DNA of 64,000 nt, taken from an uncultured Gammaproteobacteria bacterium. Its GTDB lineage: Bacteria; Patescibacteriota; Microgenomatia; Levybacterales; GWA1-39-11. The notes under the pieces were generated by a model, which worked only from the letters and a program-made list of their open reading frames with translations, was not told the origin of the DNA and searched no databases. The DNA is taken from the NCBI GenBank assembly GCA_964409875.1, contig CAYPEN010000004.1, forward strand, positions 107,784-171,783, read 5' to 3'. Below are positions 19,330 through 28,672 of this stretch, piece by piece (position 1 is the stretch's first letter; each line of letters opens with the position of its first letter). A program made the position numbers and the translations under genes.

Positions 19330-19345
19330 AACAACACAATACTTC

Positions 19346-19822
19346 ATGGACACAAAGAAAAAAATTTTCGTAACAAAACAAGGGCTTGAGGAGCTAAAAA
19401 AAGAGCTTCAGCAGCTGGAAAAGGTTAATAGGCCTCAGGTGCTCGAAAGAGTCTCTCAGGCAAGGGCGATGGGTGATCTTTCAGAGAATTCTGAGTATAC
19501 TGCAGCCAGGGAAGAACTTTCACTAATAGATTCGAGGATTGAAGAACTTCAAGAAATGCTGAAAAAAGTTGAGATAATTGATGAAAGTAAGGCCTCAAAA
19601 AAAGTGTCAGAAGTGCAACTTGGTTCAACGGTAACGGTTAAAATCAATGGTAAAAAAGAGGTTTTTGAACTCGTTGGCGAATGGGAAGCCGACCCTGCTG
19701 AGAAAAAGATTTCACACGAATCCCCCCTCGGTAAAGCTCTCATTGGGAAAGCCTTAAATGATAAAATTGAAGTTGAGGCGCCGGCAGGTAAGATACTTTA
19801 TCATATCGTTGAAATAAGTTAA
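19346..19822 (+). CDS. greA: transcription elongation factor GreA
   Basis: 158 aa; N-terminal coiled coil with conserved MGDLSENSEY; C-terminal FKBP-like domain. Confidence 0.9.
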   Translation: MDTKKKIFVTKQGLEELKKELQQLEKVNRPQVLERVSQARAMGDLSENSEYTAAREELSLIDSRIEELQEMLKKVEIIDESKASKKVSEVQLGSTVTVKINGKKEVFELVGEWEADPAEKKISHESPLGKALIGKALNDKIEVEAPAGKILYHIVEIS

Positions 19823-19847
19823 GTTTTACTTACAAATTCTCAACGAT

Positions 19848-19871
19848 AAACCCCAGAAATGGGGTTTTTTT
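19848..19871 (+). terminator. rho-independent terminator after greA
   Basis: aaaCCCCAgaaaTGGGGttttttt. Confidence 0.7.
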
Positions 19872-19903
19872 GTATTTGAACGTTTTTACCATATAATTAC
19901 AGT

Positions 19904-21397
19904 ATGTTTTGGGCAGATAAATTATTACAAAATAGACACGGACGCGAATGGGTTAACGACGCTTGGACCCCCTCCGGAATTGTGCATATGGGTGGACTCA
20001 AAGGTCCTGTAATCCATGATGTGCTTTTCAGGGTATTGAACGCACAGGGGAAAGAGGTAAAGTACACATTTGGTTTTGATGATATGGATGCAATTGACGG
20101 GTTGCCGGATAATTTGAAGGAAAAACTCGGAGATTATATGGGAGTTCCCGTTTGCTGTGCTCCAGCACCAGAAGGTGAGGGAACTTTTGGCGATTATTAC
20201 GCAAAATTCATGCGCGATATGTTTTTACAACTTAATATACAAGCTGAAATATATTTAGCATCCGACTATTACAAAAAAGGCGTATATGATGAGGCAATTC
20301 GGTTTGTTCTTGATAACGCAGACAAGGTGCGACAAGTATATTCTGAGATGTACAGCAAGGAAGTACCCGACACATGGTTTCCACTCCAAGTTATTTGTCC
20401 GAATTGTGGCAAAGTAGGAACGACAACTGTAACGGGGTGGGATGGGAATGAAGTAATGTATGAGTGTTCGCCGACAAAAGTAAAGTGGGCGCAAGGATGC
20501 GAGACCAAAGGCAGTATTTCACCTTTTGGTGGAAATGCAACAATGCCCTTCAAAGTCGAATGGGCTGCTAAATGGTGGACATTTAAGGTAACAATTGAAG
20601 GAGCAGGGAAAGATCACGCTTCAGCCGGTGGTACGTATGATATTGCAAGGAAATTAGTAAAAGATGTTTTTTCTCAAGAGCCGCCGCTTTGGCTTCCTTA
20701 TGAATTTTTTCTTTATGATGGAAAGAAAATGTCCTCATCAAAAGGTTTAGGACTTACCGGTCAAGAATTGCTCGAAGTTGTTCCGCCGCAGTTAGTGCGT
20801 TTTCTTATGATAAAAACCGAACCCAATTCGGCTGTAGAATTCAATCCCTTTGGTACGCAAATAATCCCCAAGCTCTACGATGATTATCAAAAAGCGGCAT
20901 TGGAGTTTGAAAGTGGTGAGAAAACAGATTTAGCTAGAGCGTTCGAACTTTCTCAAATCGAAACTGTGCAGATGCCGCCAAAATTCCGTTTTCTCACCCT
21001 TGCCCAATGGGTACAAATGCCCAACATGGAAGAGGAAATTAAAAAAGAAGGACTGGAAGAATGGGCAAAATATGCTAAAGTCTGGGTTGAAAAATACGCA
21101 CCTGAAAATGATAAGTTTCTTATTCAGAAAGAGTTACCCGACACCTCAAACCTGTCAGAGAGTCAAAAGGAATATCTTCATGTTCTTGCCTCCCTATTTG
21201 AAAGTGAAATCTCGGCAGAAGAATTACAAACCGCTATCTATAATTTGGCAAAAGAAAAAGGAGTTAGCTCTATAGATGCATTTAAAGCAATTTACACTAC
21301 GTTTCTTGGAAAAGACCATGGGCCAAAAGCTGCGTGGTTATTGCAAAGTCTTGATAGAGAGTTTGTAAAAAAGCGATTGTTAGAAAGTGCCTCTTAA
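19904..21397 (+). CDS. lysK: lysine--tRNA ligase, class I (archaeal/spirochaete type)
   Basis: Aligns by eye along its length with Pyrococcus LysK: WAD..TPSG.VHMGG (HIGH-like), AGKDHASAGGTYD, KMSSSKG (KMSKS), LVRFL, SLDREFVKKRL. Confidence 0.8.
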   Translation: MFWADKLLQNRHGREWVNDAWTPSGIVHMGGLKGPVIHDVLFRVLNAQGKEVKYTFGFDDMDAIDGLPDNLKEKLGDYMGVPVCCAPAPEGEGTFGDYYAKFMRDMFLQLNIQAEIYLASDYYKKGVYDEAIRFVLDNADKVRQVYSEMYSKEVPDTWFPLQVICPNCGKVGTTTVTGWDGNEVMYECSPTKVKWAQGCETKGSISPFGGNATMPFKVEWAAKWWTFKVTIEGAGKDHASAGGTYDIARKLVKDVFSQEPPLWLPYEFFLYDGKKMSSSKGLGLTGQELLEVVPPQLVRFLMIKTEPNSAVEFNPFGTQIIPKLYDDYQKAALEFESGEKTDLARAFELSQIETVQMPPKFRFLTLAQWVQMPNMEEEIKKEGLEEWAKYAKVWVEKYAPENDKFLIQKELPDTSNLSESQKEYLHVLASLFESEISAEELQTAIYNLAKEKGVSSIDAFKAIYTTFLGKDHGPKAAWLLQSLDREFVKKRLLESAS

Positions 21398-21444
21398 TTA
21401 TCTTCGCCTTAAAAACATCTTCTCCATTTTGCTACAATGAGTTA

Positions 21445-23265
21445 ATGTTAGGTATAAAGAAACCTGATTTTGAGAAAGGGCAGAAAACATTTAGAACTTC
21501 ATATCGCCTTATAAAAATGCTTTTTAAGGTTAACAAAGGCATCTTTTTTGGTAATCTAATTGTTTTTGCGATACCTGCAATTATTCCTTTCGTAAATGCC
21601 TATATTTATAAGCTCATTATTGACTTAGTTGTAGCATCAATAACTACATCGTTGCCTTTTAATTACCACCAATTTTTTATTCTATTATTGTTCCGTGTTA
21701 CAACACTCTTGGTTCAAGACTATTCTTACTCACTGCAAACTTACATCGAACAAATTACATATTATAAATTTCCTGCTCATATTTATAGTGCAGTCCTTGG
21801 TAAAATCTCCGGTCTTGATATGTACTATTTTGAAAATAGTTCATTCAGGGACACACTGGAAAAGGTGCGCAGTTCGTATGAATGGAGACCACTCAACATG
21901 ATGAGCTCACTCTTTTATATGTATCAAAGTGTTTTACAAGTAATTATTGCTTTTGTTGCTTTAATATTCCTGAATCCCATTTTTATTGTCATTATTTTAT
22001 TATTTTCTATTCCTGCATTCATTGTGCAGACAAAGTATGCCAGTATTGAATGGGGAATTTGGCACGATACCACTCCTAAGAGGAAAAAATTTTATTACAT
22101 TTCGGGATTACTTCAAGATAGCGCTAGTATTAAGGAAATAAAGATTTTTCAAACTGCAACAAAATTTCTTACAGAAATGAATTCACTCTACGGCTCGTAT
22201 GTGAATAAAGGTGTCCGGTCAGGTAAAAAGCTATTCCGTACCAATATTTTACTTAACACAATTTCAGTCGCAATCTATACTGGAATAGAGGTATATATAG
22301 TCTTTCTTGCAATCATAAAACAAATCACAATTGGTAGTGTGAGTTATTACATTCAAGTTGTATCTAACTTTCAGATGGGGGTTGGTGGACTATTCCGTAA
22401 TGCTACTGCTCTTTTTGCCCAGTCGTTATACGTAGATGAGATATTTAAAGTTATGGATGCGCCTGAAGTTATACCCCGAAGACGTGATGGAGTTATTCTA
22501 GATTCGAAGTTTCCCCCGAAAATTGAGTTCCGTAACATAAGCTTTTCTTATCCCGATTCGGATGAAAAGGTTTTCGACAATTTTTCCTTAATAATTGAAC
22601 CTGGTGAAAAAATTGCTCTTGTTGGGGAAAATGGAGCTGGCAAAACAACATTAATGAAGCTTTTAGCACGGTTTTATGATGTCGATTTTGGACAAATACT
22701 TATCAATGATATCGATATAAAAGATTTGGATTTATCTTCTTGGTATAAAAAAATTGGAATACTTTTCCAGGATTTTATGAGGTATGAGTACAGCCTGGAG
22801 GATAATATATATTTTGGAAAAGTGTGGGAAGAAAAAAGCTTGGAAGAAATAAAAGAAGCAGCAAAATTTGCAGGAGCCTCCGAGATAGCAGAGCAACTTA
22901 CGCATGGATACCAGCAAATTTTAGGAAAAACTTTTGATGATGGAGAAGAATTGTCCGTCGGGCAATGGCAAAAAGTTGCTCTTGCCCGCGCATTTCTAAG
23001 AGATGCACCGATATTAATTCTTGATGAACCCACAGCATCAATTGACGCAAAAGCTGAAGCAGAAATATTTGGAAAAGTCGACCGTTTGTCAAAAGACAAA
23101 ACAGTCATTATAATTTCACATAGATTTTCAACAGTGAGGAATGCAGATAGAATTTATGTTATTAAAAAGGGAAAAATTAGAGAGCAAGGTTCTCATGAGG
23201 AGTTGATGGAGCAAAAAGGAATTTACTCGACACTCTTTAATTTGCAAGCGAAGGGATATCAGTAA
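21445..23265 (+). CDS. ABC transporter, fused permease/ATPase exporter (MsbA-like)
   Basis: Six-TM N-terminal half; Walker A GENGAGKTTL, signature LSVGQWQKVALARA, Walker B ILILDEPT. Confidence 0.8.
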   Translation: MLGIKKPDFEKGQKTFRTSYRLIKMLFKVNKGIFFGNLIVFAIPAIIPFVNAYIYKLIIDLVVASITTSLPFNYHQFFILLLFRVTTLLVQDYSYSLQTYIEQITYYKFPAHIYSAVLGKISGLDMYYFENSSFRDTLEKVRSSYEWRPLNMMSSLFYMYQSVLQVIIAFVALIFLNPIFIVIILLFSIPAFIVQTKYASIEWGIWHDTTPKRKKFYYISGLLQDSASIKEIKIFQTATKFLTEMNSLYGSYVNKGVRSGKKLFRTNILLNTISVAIYTGIEVYIVFLAIIKQITIGSVSYYIQVVSNFQMGVGGLFRNATALFAQSLYVDEIFKVMDAPEVIPRRRDGVILDSKFPPKIEFRNISFSYPDSDEKVFDNFSLIIEPGEKIALVGENGAGKTTLMKLLARFYDVDFGQILINDIDIKDLDLSSWYKKIGILFQDFMRYEYSLEDNIYFGKVWEEKSLEEIKEAAKFAGASEIAEQLTHGYQQILGKTFDDGEELSVGQWQKVALARAFLRDAPILILDEPTASIDAKAEAEIFGKVDRLSKDKTVIIISHRFSTVRNADRIYVIKKGKIREQGSHEELMEQKGIYSTLFNLQAKGYQ

Positions 23266-23267
23266 TT

Positions 23268-23828
23268 ATGGATAAAATGTTTTTTGCTACAGGAAATAAA
23301 GGGAAGGCGGAAGAAGCACAGAAAATCCTGAATCATCCTATTGAAATTGTTACGCTTGAACTCGATGAGTTGCAAAGCATGGATTTGGAAAAAATTGTTG
23401 AGCATAAAGTAAGGCAAGCATATGAAATAGTTAAAGAGCCTGTTTTTGTAGATGATGTAGCGCTCTATCTGGACATTTGGGATGGTTTTCCCGGTCCCTT
23501 TGTGAAATTCATTCACGAGAAAGGCAACAAACGGTTACTGTACATGTTAAGAAATGAAGATAACAGGGATGGATTGCTTGTTGCAACTATTGGGTATTAT
23601 GATGGGGATTCAGTGCATTTTTTTAAGGGAGAACTGAAGGTTACCATTTCACGGGAAGAACAGGGAGAAGGTGGATGGGGTCTTGACCCAATCTTAATCC
23701 CAGAAGGAAAAAACCGAACATTTGGTGAAATAAGTGAGGATGAGAAAAATGCCGATTCGCATAGGAGCCGCGCGCTTTTGAAATTTAAAAAATTTTTGGA
23801 TAGTAATGCAGGTTCAAGCGAGGTATAA
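23268..23828 (+). CDS. rdgB: non-canonical purine NTP pyrophosphatase (RdgB/Ham1, ITPase)
   Basis: FATGNKGKAEEAQKIL N-terminus and Ham1 family blocks. Confidence 0.75.
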   Translation: MDKMFFATGNKGKAEEAQKILNHPIEIVTLELDELQSMDLEKIVEHKVRQAYEIVKEPVFVDDVALYLDIWDGFPGPFVKFIHEKGNKRLLYMLRNEDNRDGLLVATIGYYDGDSVHFFKGELKVTISREEQGEGGWGLDPILIPEGKNRTFGEISEDEKNADSHRSRALLKFKKFLDSNAGSSEV

Positions 23829-23844
23829 TCTCATTATATTTAAT

Positions 23845-25080
23845 ATGGTTGATTTAAAATTTATCCGGGAAAATTCTGAAAAAGTAAAAAATGGCGCTCT
23901 GTCCAAGAACATTGATATTGATGTAGAAAAAATTCTCCAACTTGATGCAAAACTACGTGAAGTTTCAACAGAAGTGCAAAAACTTCAAGCAGAAAGAAAC
24001 GCAGCTGCTCGTGAAAGAAATATTGAGCGCGGCCGTGAAATAAAAGGACAACTTGACGGACTCGAGGCAGAACAGACAAGTTTGTCCTCTCAACTTGAAG
24101 AACTCACCTCCCAAATCCCGGCCCTTCCCAAAGATGACGTTAAAATCGGTAAAAACGACACCGAAAATGACGTCATAAAGACCGTTGGGCAAATCCCGCA
24201 ATTTAGTTTTAAACCTAAGGACCATTTGGAATTGGGAGAAATTTTGGACATTATCGATGTTGTGAGAGCGGCAAAAGTGTCGGGTGCACGGTATTATTAC
24301 CTCAAAAATGAAGGTGCACTTCTGGAATTGGCGTTAGTCCGGTATGCTTTTGAAAAGCTTATATCAAAAGGTTTTACACCTATCATTCCGCCAACAATGA
24401 TCACACGAGACACTATGAAAGCTTTAGGATATATGGAAAATGGCGGAGAAGAAGATATGTTCAGTGTCCCTTCTGATGACAAATTCTTGGTCGGAACAGC
24501 CGAGCAAAGTATTGTTCCTATGCATAAAGACGAAACATTTACTGTTTCTGATCTTCCAAAAAGATACGTAGCGTACTCTTCTTCTTTCAGGAGGGAAGCT
24601 GGAAGCTACGGGAGAGATACAAGAGGAATATTACGGGTTCATGAATTCCATAAAGTTGAGATGGTAAGTTTTGTTGCTGACAGACAAGATGACGAGGAGC
24701 ATGAATTCTTGAGAAGTATTGAGGAAGAATTTTTCTCAGAACTCCAAATTCCATATCAAGTTATTAAGATGTGTACAGGGGACTTGGGCTTTCCTGCAAG
24801 CCGAAAATATGATATTGAAGCATTTATTCCAACACAGGAAAAGTATCGGGAGGTTACATCAACTTCAACAACCGGAGATTTTCAGGCACGAAGATTAAAC
24901 ATAAAATATCGAGAGGGAGAAGAGAAAAAGTTTGTAAATATTCTCAATGGAACGGCCTTTGCAATAGGCAGGACACTTATTGCGATTTTGGAAAACTATC
25001 AACAGGAGGATGGGGGCGTTGTTATTCCCGAAGTATTAAGAACCTACACCGGTTTTGATAAGATTAATCCAAAATTGTAG
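23845..25080 (+). CDS. serS: serine--tRNA ligase
   Basis: N-terminal coiled-coil arm MVDLKFIRENSEKV...; class II core with FRRE and GTA motifs. Confidence 0.85.
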   Translation: MVDLKFIRENSEKVKNGALSKNIDIDVEKILQLDAKLREVSTEVQKLQAERNAAARERNIERGREIKGQLDGLEAEQTSLSSQLEELTSQIPALPKDDVKIGKNDTENDVIKTVGQIPQFSFKPKDHLELGEILDIIDVVRAAKVSGARYYYLKNEGALLELALVRYAFEKLISKGFTPIIPPTMITRDTMKALGYMENGGEEDMFSVPSDDKFLVGTAEQSIVPMHKDETFTVSDLPKRYVAYSSSFRREAGSYGRDTRGILRVHEFHKVEMVSFVADRQDDEEHEFLRSIEEEFFSELQIPYQVIKMCTGDLGFPASRKYDIEAFIPTQEKYREVTSTSTTGDFQARRLNIKYREGEEKKFVNILNGTAFAIGRTLIAILENYQQEDGGVVIPEVLRTYTGFDKINPKL

Positions 25081-25170
25081 CTTCAAATTTTCCGTTTATT
25101 TTCCAGGTTGGCTCTTTAATTTTCGTTGTCCTTTCAATCTAAATTGCATCTTTTGTACTGTTTTTTTTGT

Positions 25171-25199
25171 TTGACATTTTTTTGAGCTTAGTTTAAACA
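25171..25199 (+). promoter_or_regulatory. candidate promoter TTGACA-17 nt-TAAACA upstream of the Lys/Ala micro-ORF
   Basis: TTGACA 25171-25176; weak -10. Confidence 0.35.
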
Positions 25200-25260
25200 T
25201 TAAATATCACAAACTTGAAGTTTTTTACCAAAACTTCATCTGCCAAAGGAGGTGATTTAC

Positions 25261-25362
25261 ATGCCGGCAAAAAAGAAAGCAGCTCCAAAAAAAGCAGCAG
25301 CAAAAAAACCAGCTGCTAAGAAAGCCCCTGCAAAAAAAGCAGCAGCAAAGAAGAAAAAATGA
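25261..25362 (+). CDS. 33-aa Lys/Ala-rich basic micro-protein (histone H1 tail / Hc1 / AlgP-like KKAA repeats)
   Basis: MPAKKKAAPKKAAAKKPAAKKAPAKKAAAKKKK. Consensus SD AAGGAGGTGA 5 nt before the ATG, 5' UTR hairpin 25217-25237, downstream terminator. Too short for the ORF track. Confidence 0.55.
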   Translation: MPAKKKAAPKKAAAKKPAAKKAPAKKAAAKKKK

Positions 25363-25388
25363 GTTTTCTTCTGAATTAATTTCAAACA

Positions 25389-25425
25389 AAAGACCCTTAT
25401 TGAGTTCTTCATATAGGGTCTTTTG
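25389..25425 (+). terminator. terminator-like hairpin after the micro-ORF
   Basis: AAGACCCT(25390-25397)...AGGGTCTT(25415-25422) followed by TTT. Confidence 0.45.
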
Positions 25426-25490
25426 CATCTAAAGAGGTCGTAAATGAGGTGAATTTGTGGTACAATTACTCTTCAACTACGCTCAATAAA

Positions 25491-28196
25491 ATGCTTAATT
25501 TCATCACCAAACTTTTTGACAGCAATGATAAAGAGATCAACAAATTGCTCCCCATTGTCGCGGAAGTGAATTCGTTCGAGAAAAAACTCGAAAAGTTGAA
25601 AGATTCGGATTTTCCAAAGAAGACACAGGAATTAAAGCAACGCATCGCAAAAGGGGAAAATATATATCTAGTTCTACCTGAGGCATTTGCGCTAGTTCGG
25701 GAAGCGGCAAAAAGAACTCTTGGACTTCGGCATTACGACGTGCAAATGATTGCAGCAACAGTTTTGGCACAAGGAAAAGTCGCCGAGCAAAAAACCGGAG
25801 AGGGAAAAACTCTTTCAGCAACTCCAGCTTTATATCTTCATGCACTGACTGGAAAGCCGGTTCATCTTGTTACCGTCAATGACTATCTGGCGCGGCGTGA
25901 TGCCGGGTGGATGGGTGATGTCTTTGCCTTTTTGGGGATGAGAGTGGGAGCAATTATCAACGATGCCTCTTATGTTTTCGATAAGGAATTCAGGGATGAT
26001 ACGGTTAATGATTACCGCCTTACCCATCTCAAGCCTGTGACCAGACAAGATGCGTACAAAGCGGATGTTTTGTACGGAATCAACTCTGAATTCGGATTTG
26101 ATTATCTTCGGGATAATATGGCAACTTCCATGGACCAATTAGTGCAGCGGGAGCATTATTTTGCAGTCATCGACGAGGTTGATTCAGTCCTTATTGATGA
26201 AGCAAGAACCCCGCACATTATCTCTATGCCGGATGCAACACCTTCCAACAAATACTTTGAATATGCAACCCTTATTGAGAGGCTTCAACCCATCGACTAT
26301 AAATTAGATGAAAAAAGAAGGACTGCTCATCTGACCGACCATGGAATTGGGAAAATAGAATCCATGTTTGGGGTCAAAGACATATATGAGAAAGATTTTG
26401 ATACCGTCTATCACATTGAAGCAGCACTTAAAGCAAAGCTTCTGTATCACAAAAATAAAGATTATATAGTCCGGGATAACCAGGTTATTTTAGTGGACGA
26501 ATTTACCGGTAGGCTTCTTGAAGGAAGAAGGCTTTCAGAAGGTCTCCACCAGGCAATTGAAGCAAAAGAAGGGGTCGCAATACAACAGGAGTCAAAGACA
26601 TTAGCAACAGTATCTCTTCAGAATTATTTTAGGAAATACGAACGGCTTGCCGGTATGACAGGTACGGCTGCAACGGAAGCAGAGGAATTCCATAAAATCT
26701 ACAAACTCGACGTGGTTGTAATTCCTTCAAACAGACAAATACAGCGTGAAGATGTTTCAGACCAAATATATAAAACGCAGCGTGCAAAAATAACGGCAGT
26801 TGTTAATGAAATCGAAGAGGCTCATAAAAAAGGACAACCGGTTCTTGTCGGAACCGCGTCCATTGATCACAATGAGATTGTTTCGGAAACGCTTAAAAGA
26901 CGGAATATCCCTCATGAGGTTTTGAATGCAAAAAACCATATGCGCGAGGCACTTATCATAAAGGATGCCGGTAAAAAGGGAGCGGTAACAGTCGCAACAA
27001 ATATGGCAGGACGTGGAGTTGACATCATCCTTGGAGGCCAGCCACCGTCCAGTTTTGAAACTCAATACCAGACAAAAGAGGGTAAGAAAAAATTTGAAAA
27101 AGAGATGGCCTCTTGGCAAAAAGAGCATGATGAGGTGTTGGAGCTGGGGGGACTTTACGTTATCGGTACCGAAAAGCACGAGTCAAGAAGGATAGACAAC
27201 CAGTTAAGAGGCCGTTCCGGCCGGCAAGGAGATCCTGGTAAATCTGTTTTTATCATTTCCTTGGAAGATGATTTAATGAGGGTTTTTGGAGGCGAACAAA
27301 TTGCGGGACTCATGACCCGATTTAATTTCCCCGAAGATCAACCTCTTACTCACAGTTTGGTGACAAGAGTTATCACTCAAGCGCAGGTCAAAGTCGAAGG
27401 ATTTAATTTCGAGTCACGTAAGTACACGGTTGAATACGATGATGTCCTCAACAAGCAGCGGGAAATTGTATATGGTATGAGACGGGAGCTTTTGGAGGGA
27501 AATGACCATGAGCAATTTATACTTGAAAGACTCAATAATGCAATTGACATGAGCATTGAAATGCAGTTTGCAATGCAGCCGGAAGATATAAATTCTGCAA
27601 TACTTGAGGAATTCGTAGAGATAATTCCGCTCGACGCTCATTCCCAAAAACATATTTTGGAGCAGCTTGAGACAAGACATGAGAAAGAAGAGAAAAAAGA
27701 ATTCTTGCGAACATTATCTCATGACATTTTTAAAAGACGCGAAGAAGAAGTTACAAAAGAGTTGATGAACCAACTTATAAAAGCGGTATCTTTACAGGTT
27801 ATTGATAATCTTTGGATGAACCATTTGACCGCAATGGAAGACCTTCGGATTGGAATTAGACTTCAGGCATTCTCCCAGAAAGACCCACTTGTTGAATATA
27901 AAAATGAGGCATTCGGATTATTTGAAAAATTGATTGGCGGAATTGATGATGGAATTGTAACCCGTATTTTTAAGGTTCAGATAGTAACAGAGCAACCAAC
28001 CATTGATGTTTCAGCTGCTCAAACCAATCAAGGCGCAGAAGAAGTCGGGTCGGATAATGTGAAAGAGAAAGAAGCAAAAGCAAAACAGAAAAAAATGAAA
28101 GAAACCGAGTCAGGCGAGAAGAAAAAACTTGGCCGCAACGACCCCTGCTGGTGCGGATCGGGCAAAAAGTACAAAAAATGCCATTATCCTAGCTAG
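25491..28196 (+). CDS. secA: preprotein translocase ATPase SecA
   Basis: N-terminus MLNFITKLFDSNDKEINKL aligns with E. coli SecA start; DEAD motor blocks; C-terminal zinc tail CWCGSGKKYKKCH. Confidence 0.92.
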   Translation: MLNFITKLFDSNDKEINKLLPIVAEVNSFEKKLEKLKDSDFPKKTQELKQRIAKGENIYLVLPEAFALVREAAKRTLGLRHYDVQMIAATVLAQGKVAEQKTGEGKTLSATPALYLHALTGKPVHLVTVNDYLARRDAGWMGDVFAFLGMRVGAIINDASYVFDKEFRDDTVNDYRLTHLKPVTRQDAYKADVLYGINSEFGFDYLRDNMATSMDQLVQREHYFAVIDEVDSVLIDEARTPHIISMPDATPSNKYFEYATLIERLQPIDYKLDEKRRTAHLTDHGIGKIESMFGVKDIYEKDFDTVYHIEAALKAKLLYHKNKDYIVRDNQVILVDEFTGRLLEGRRLSEGLHQAIEAKEGVAIQQESKTLATVSLQNYFRKYERLAGMTGTAATEAEEFHKIYKLDVVVIPSNRQIQREDVSDQIYKTQRAKITAVVNEIEEAHKKGQPVLVGTASIDHNEIVSETLKRRNIPHEVLNAKNHMREALIIKDAGKKGAVTVATNMAGRGVDIILGGQPPSSFETQYQTKEGKKKFEKEMASWQKEHDEVLELGGLYVIGTEKHESRRIDNQLRGRSGRQGDPGKSVFIISLEDDLMRVFGGEQIAGLMTRFNFPEDQPLTHSLVTRVITQAQVKVEGFNFESRKYTVEYDDVLNKQREIVYGMRRELLEGNDHEQFILERLNNAIDMSIEMQFAMQPEDINSAILEEFVEIIPLDAHSQKHILEQLETRHEKEEKKEFLRTLSHDIFKRREEEVTKELMNQLIKAVSLQVIDNLWMNHLTAMEDLRIGIRLQAFSQKDPLVEYKNEAFGLFEKLIGGIDDGIVTRIFKVQIVTEQPTIDVSAAQTNQGAEEVGSDNVKEKEAKAKQKKMKETESGEKKKLGRNDPCWCGSGKKYKKCHYPS

Positions 28197-28565
28197 CCGC
28201 GCAGTCCCGGGAGCGAAGAGAGGCGGGACAAAAAATGCCACTACCCAAATGAGTTTTAAGCGAACTCTTATATAAGCCTCGCATATAATCATTTTGATTT
28301 GCATTTTCTTCGAAAAAGTAAAGAACAAGGATATGAGACTACATATGGGTGCAAAAACCCACTTATTTATTGTATGTCTTTCTTCATGATTAAATTTGGA
28401 AGTTATAAAAATTTCCTGGACAATATAACGTAATTAAAATTATTGTAAGTCTGCCACTAATTTCAAAATATTTTCAGTTTGTCGTACAAACAGAAAAGAA
28501 CATGGAATGCAGGCTTCACGACGGGTGCTAAAGCGCCCAAGTGTAAGAATTTGAGGCTGGAGTTG

Positions 28566-28594
28566 TTGACAAAACTGTAAGAGTGGTGTAAGGT
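28566..28594 (+). promoter_or_regulatory. candidate promoter TTGACA-17 nt-TAAGGT for the CAP-domain gene
   Basis: TTGACA 28566-28571, TAAGGT 28589-28594. Confidence 0.3.
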
Positions 28595-28672
28595 TTTTAA
28601 TGTTCTTTTAGTTTCACCTCTAGAACACCTCGGATAGGAATTGTGCAAAATGCCTTCTCTTGTCTGGGGACG

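Noticed and set aside
25225-25428. 67-aa minus-strand ORF (Cys/Phe-rich)
   Set aside because: Antisense of the poly-A/G-rich KKAA micro-ORF; the plus-strand micro-ORF has SD and terminator, the antisense frame has none
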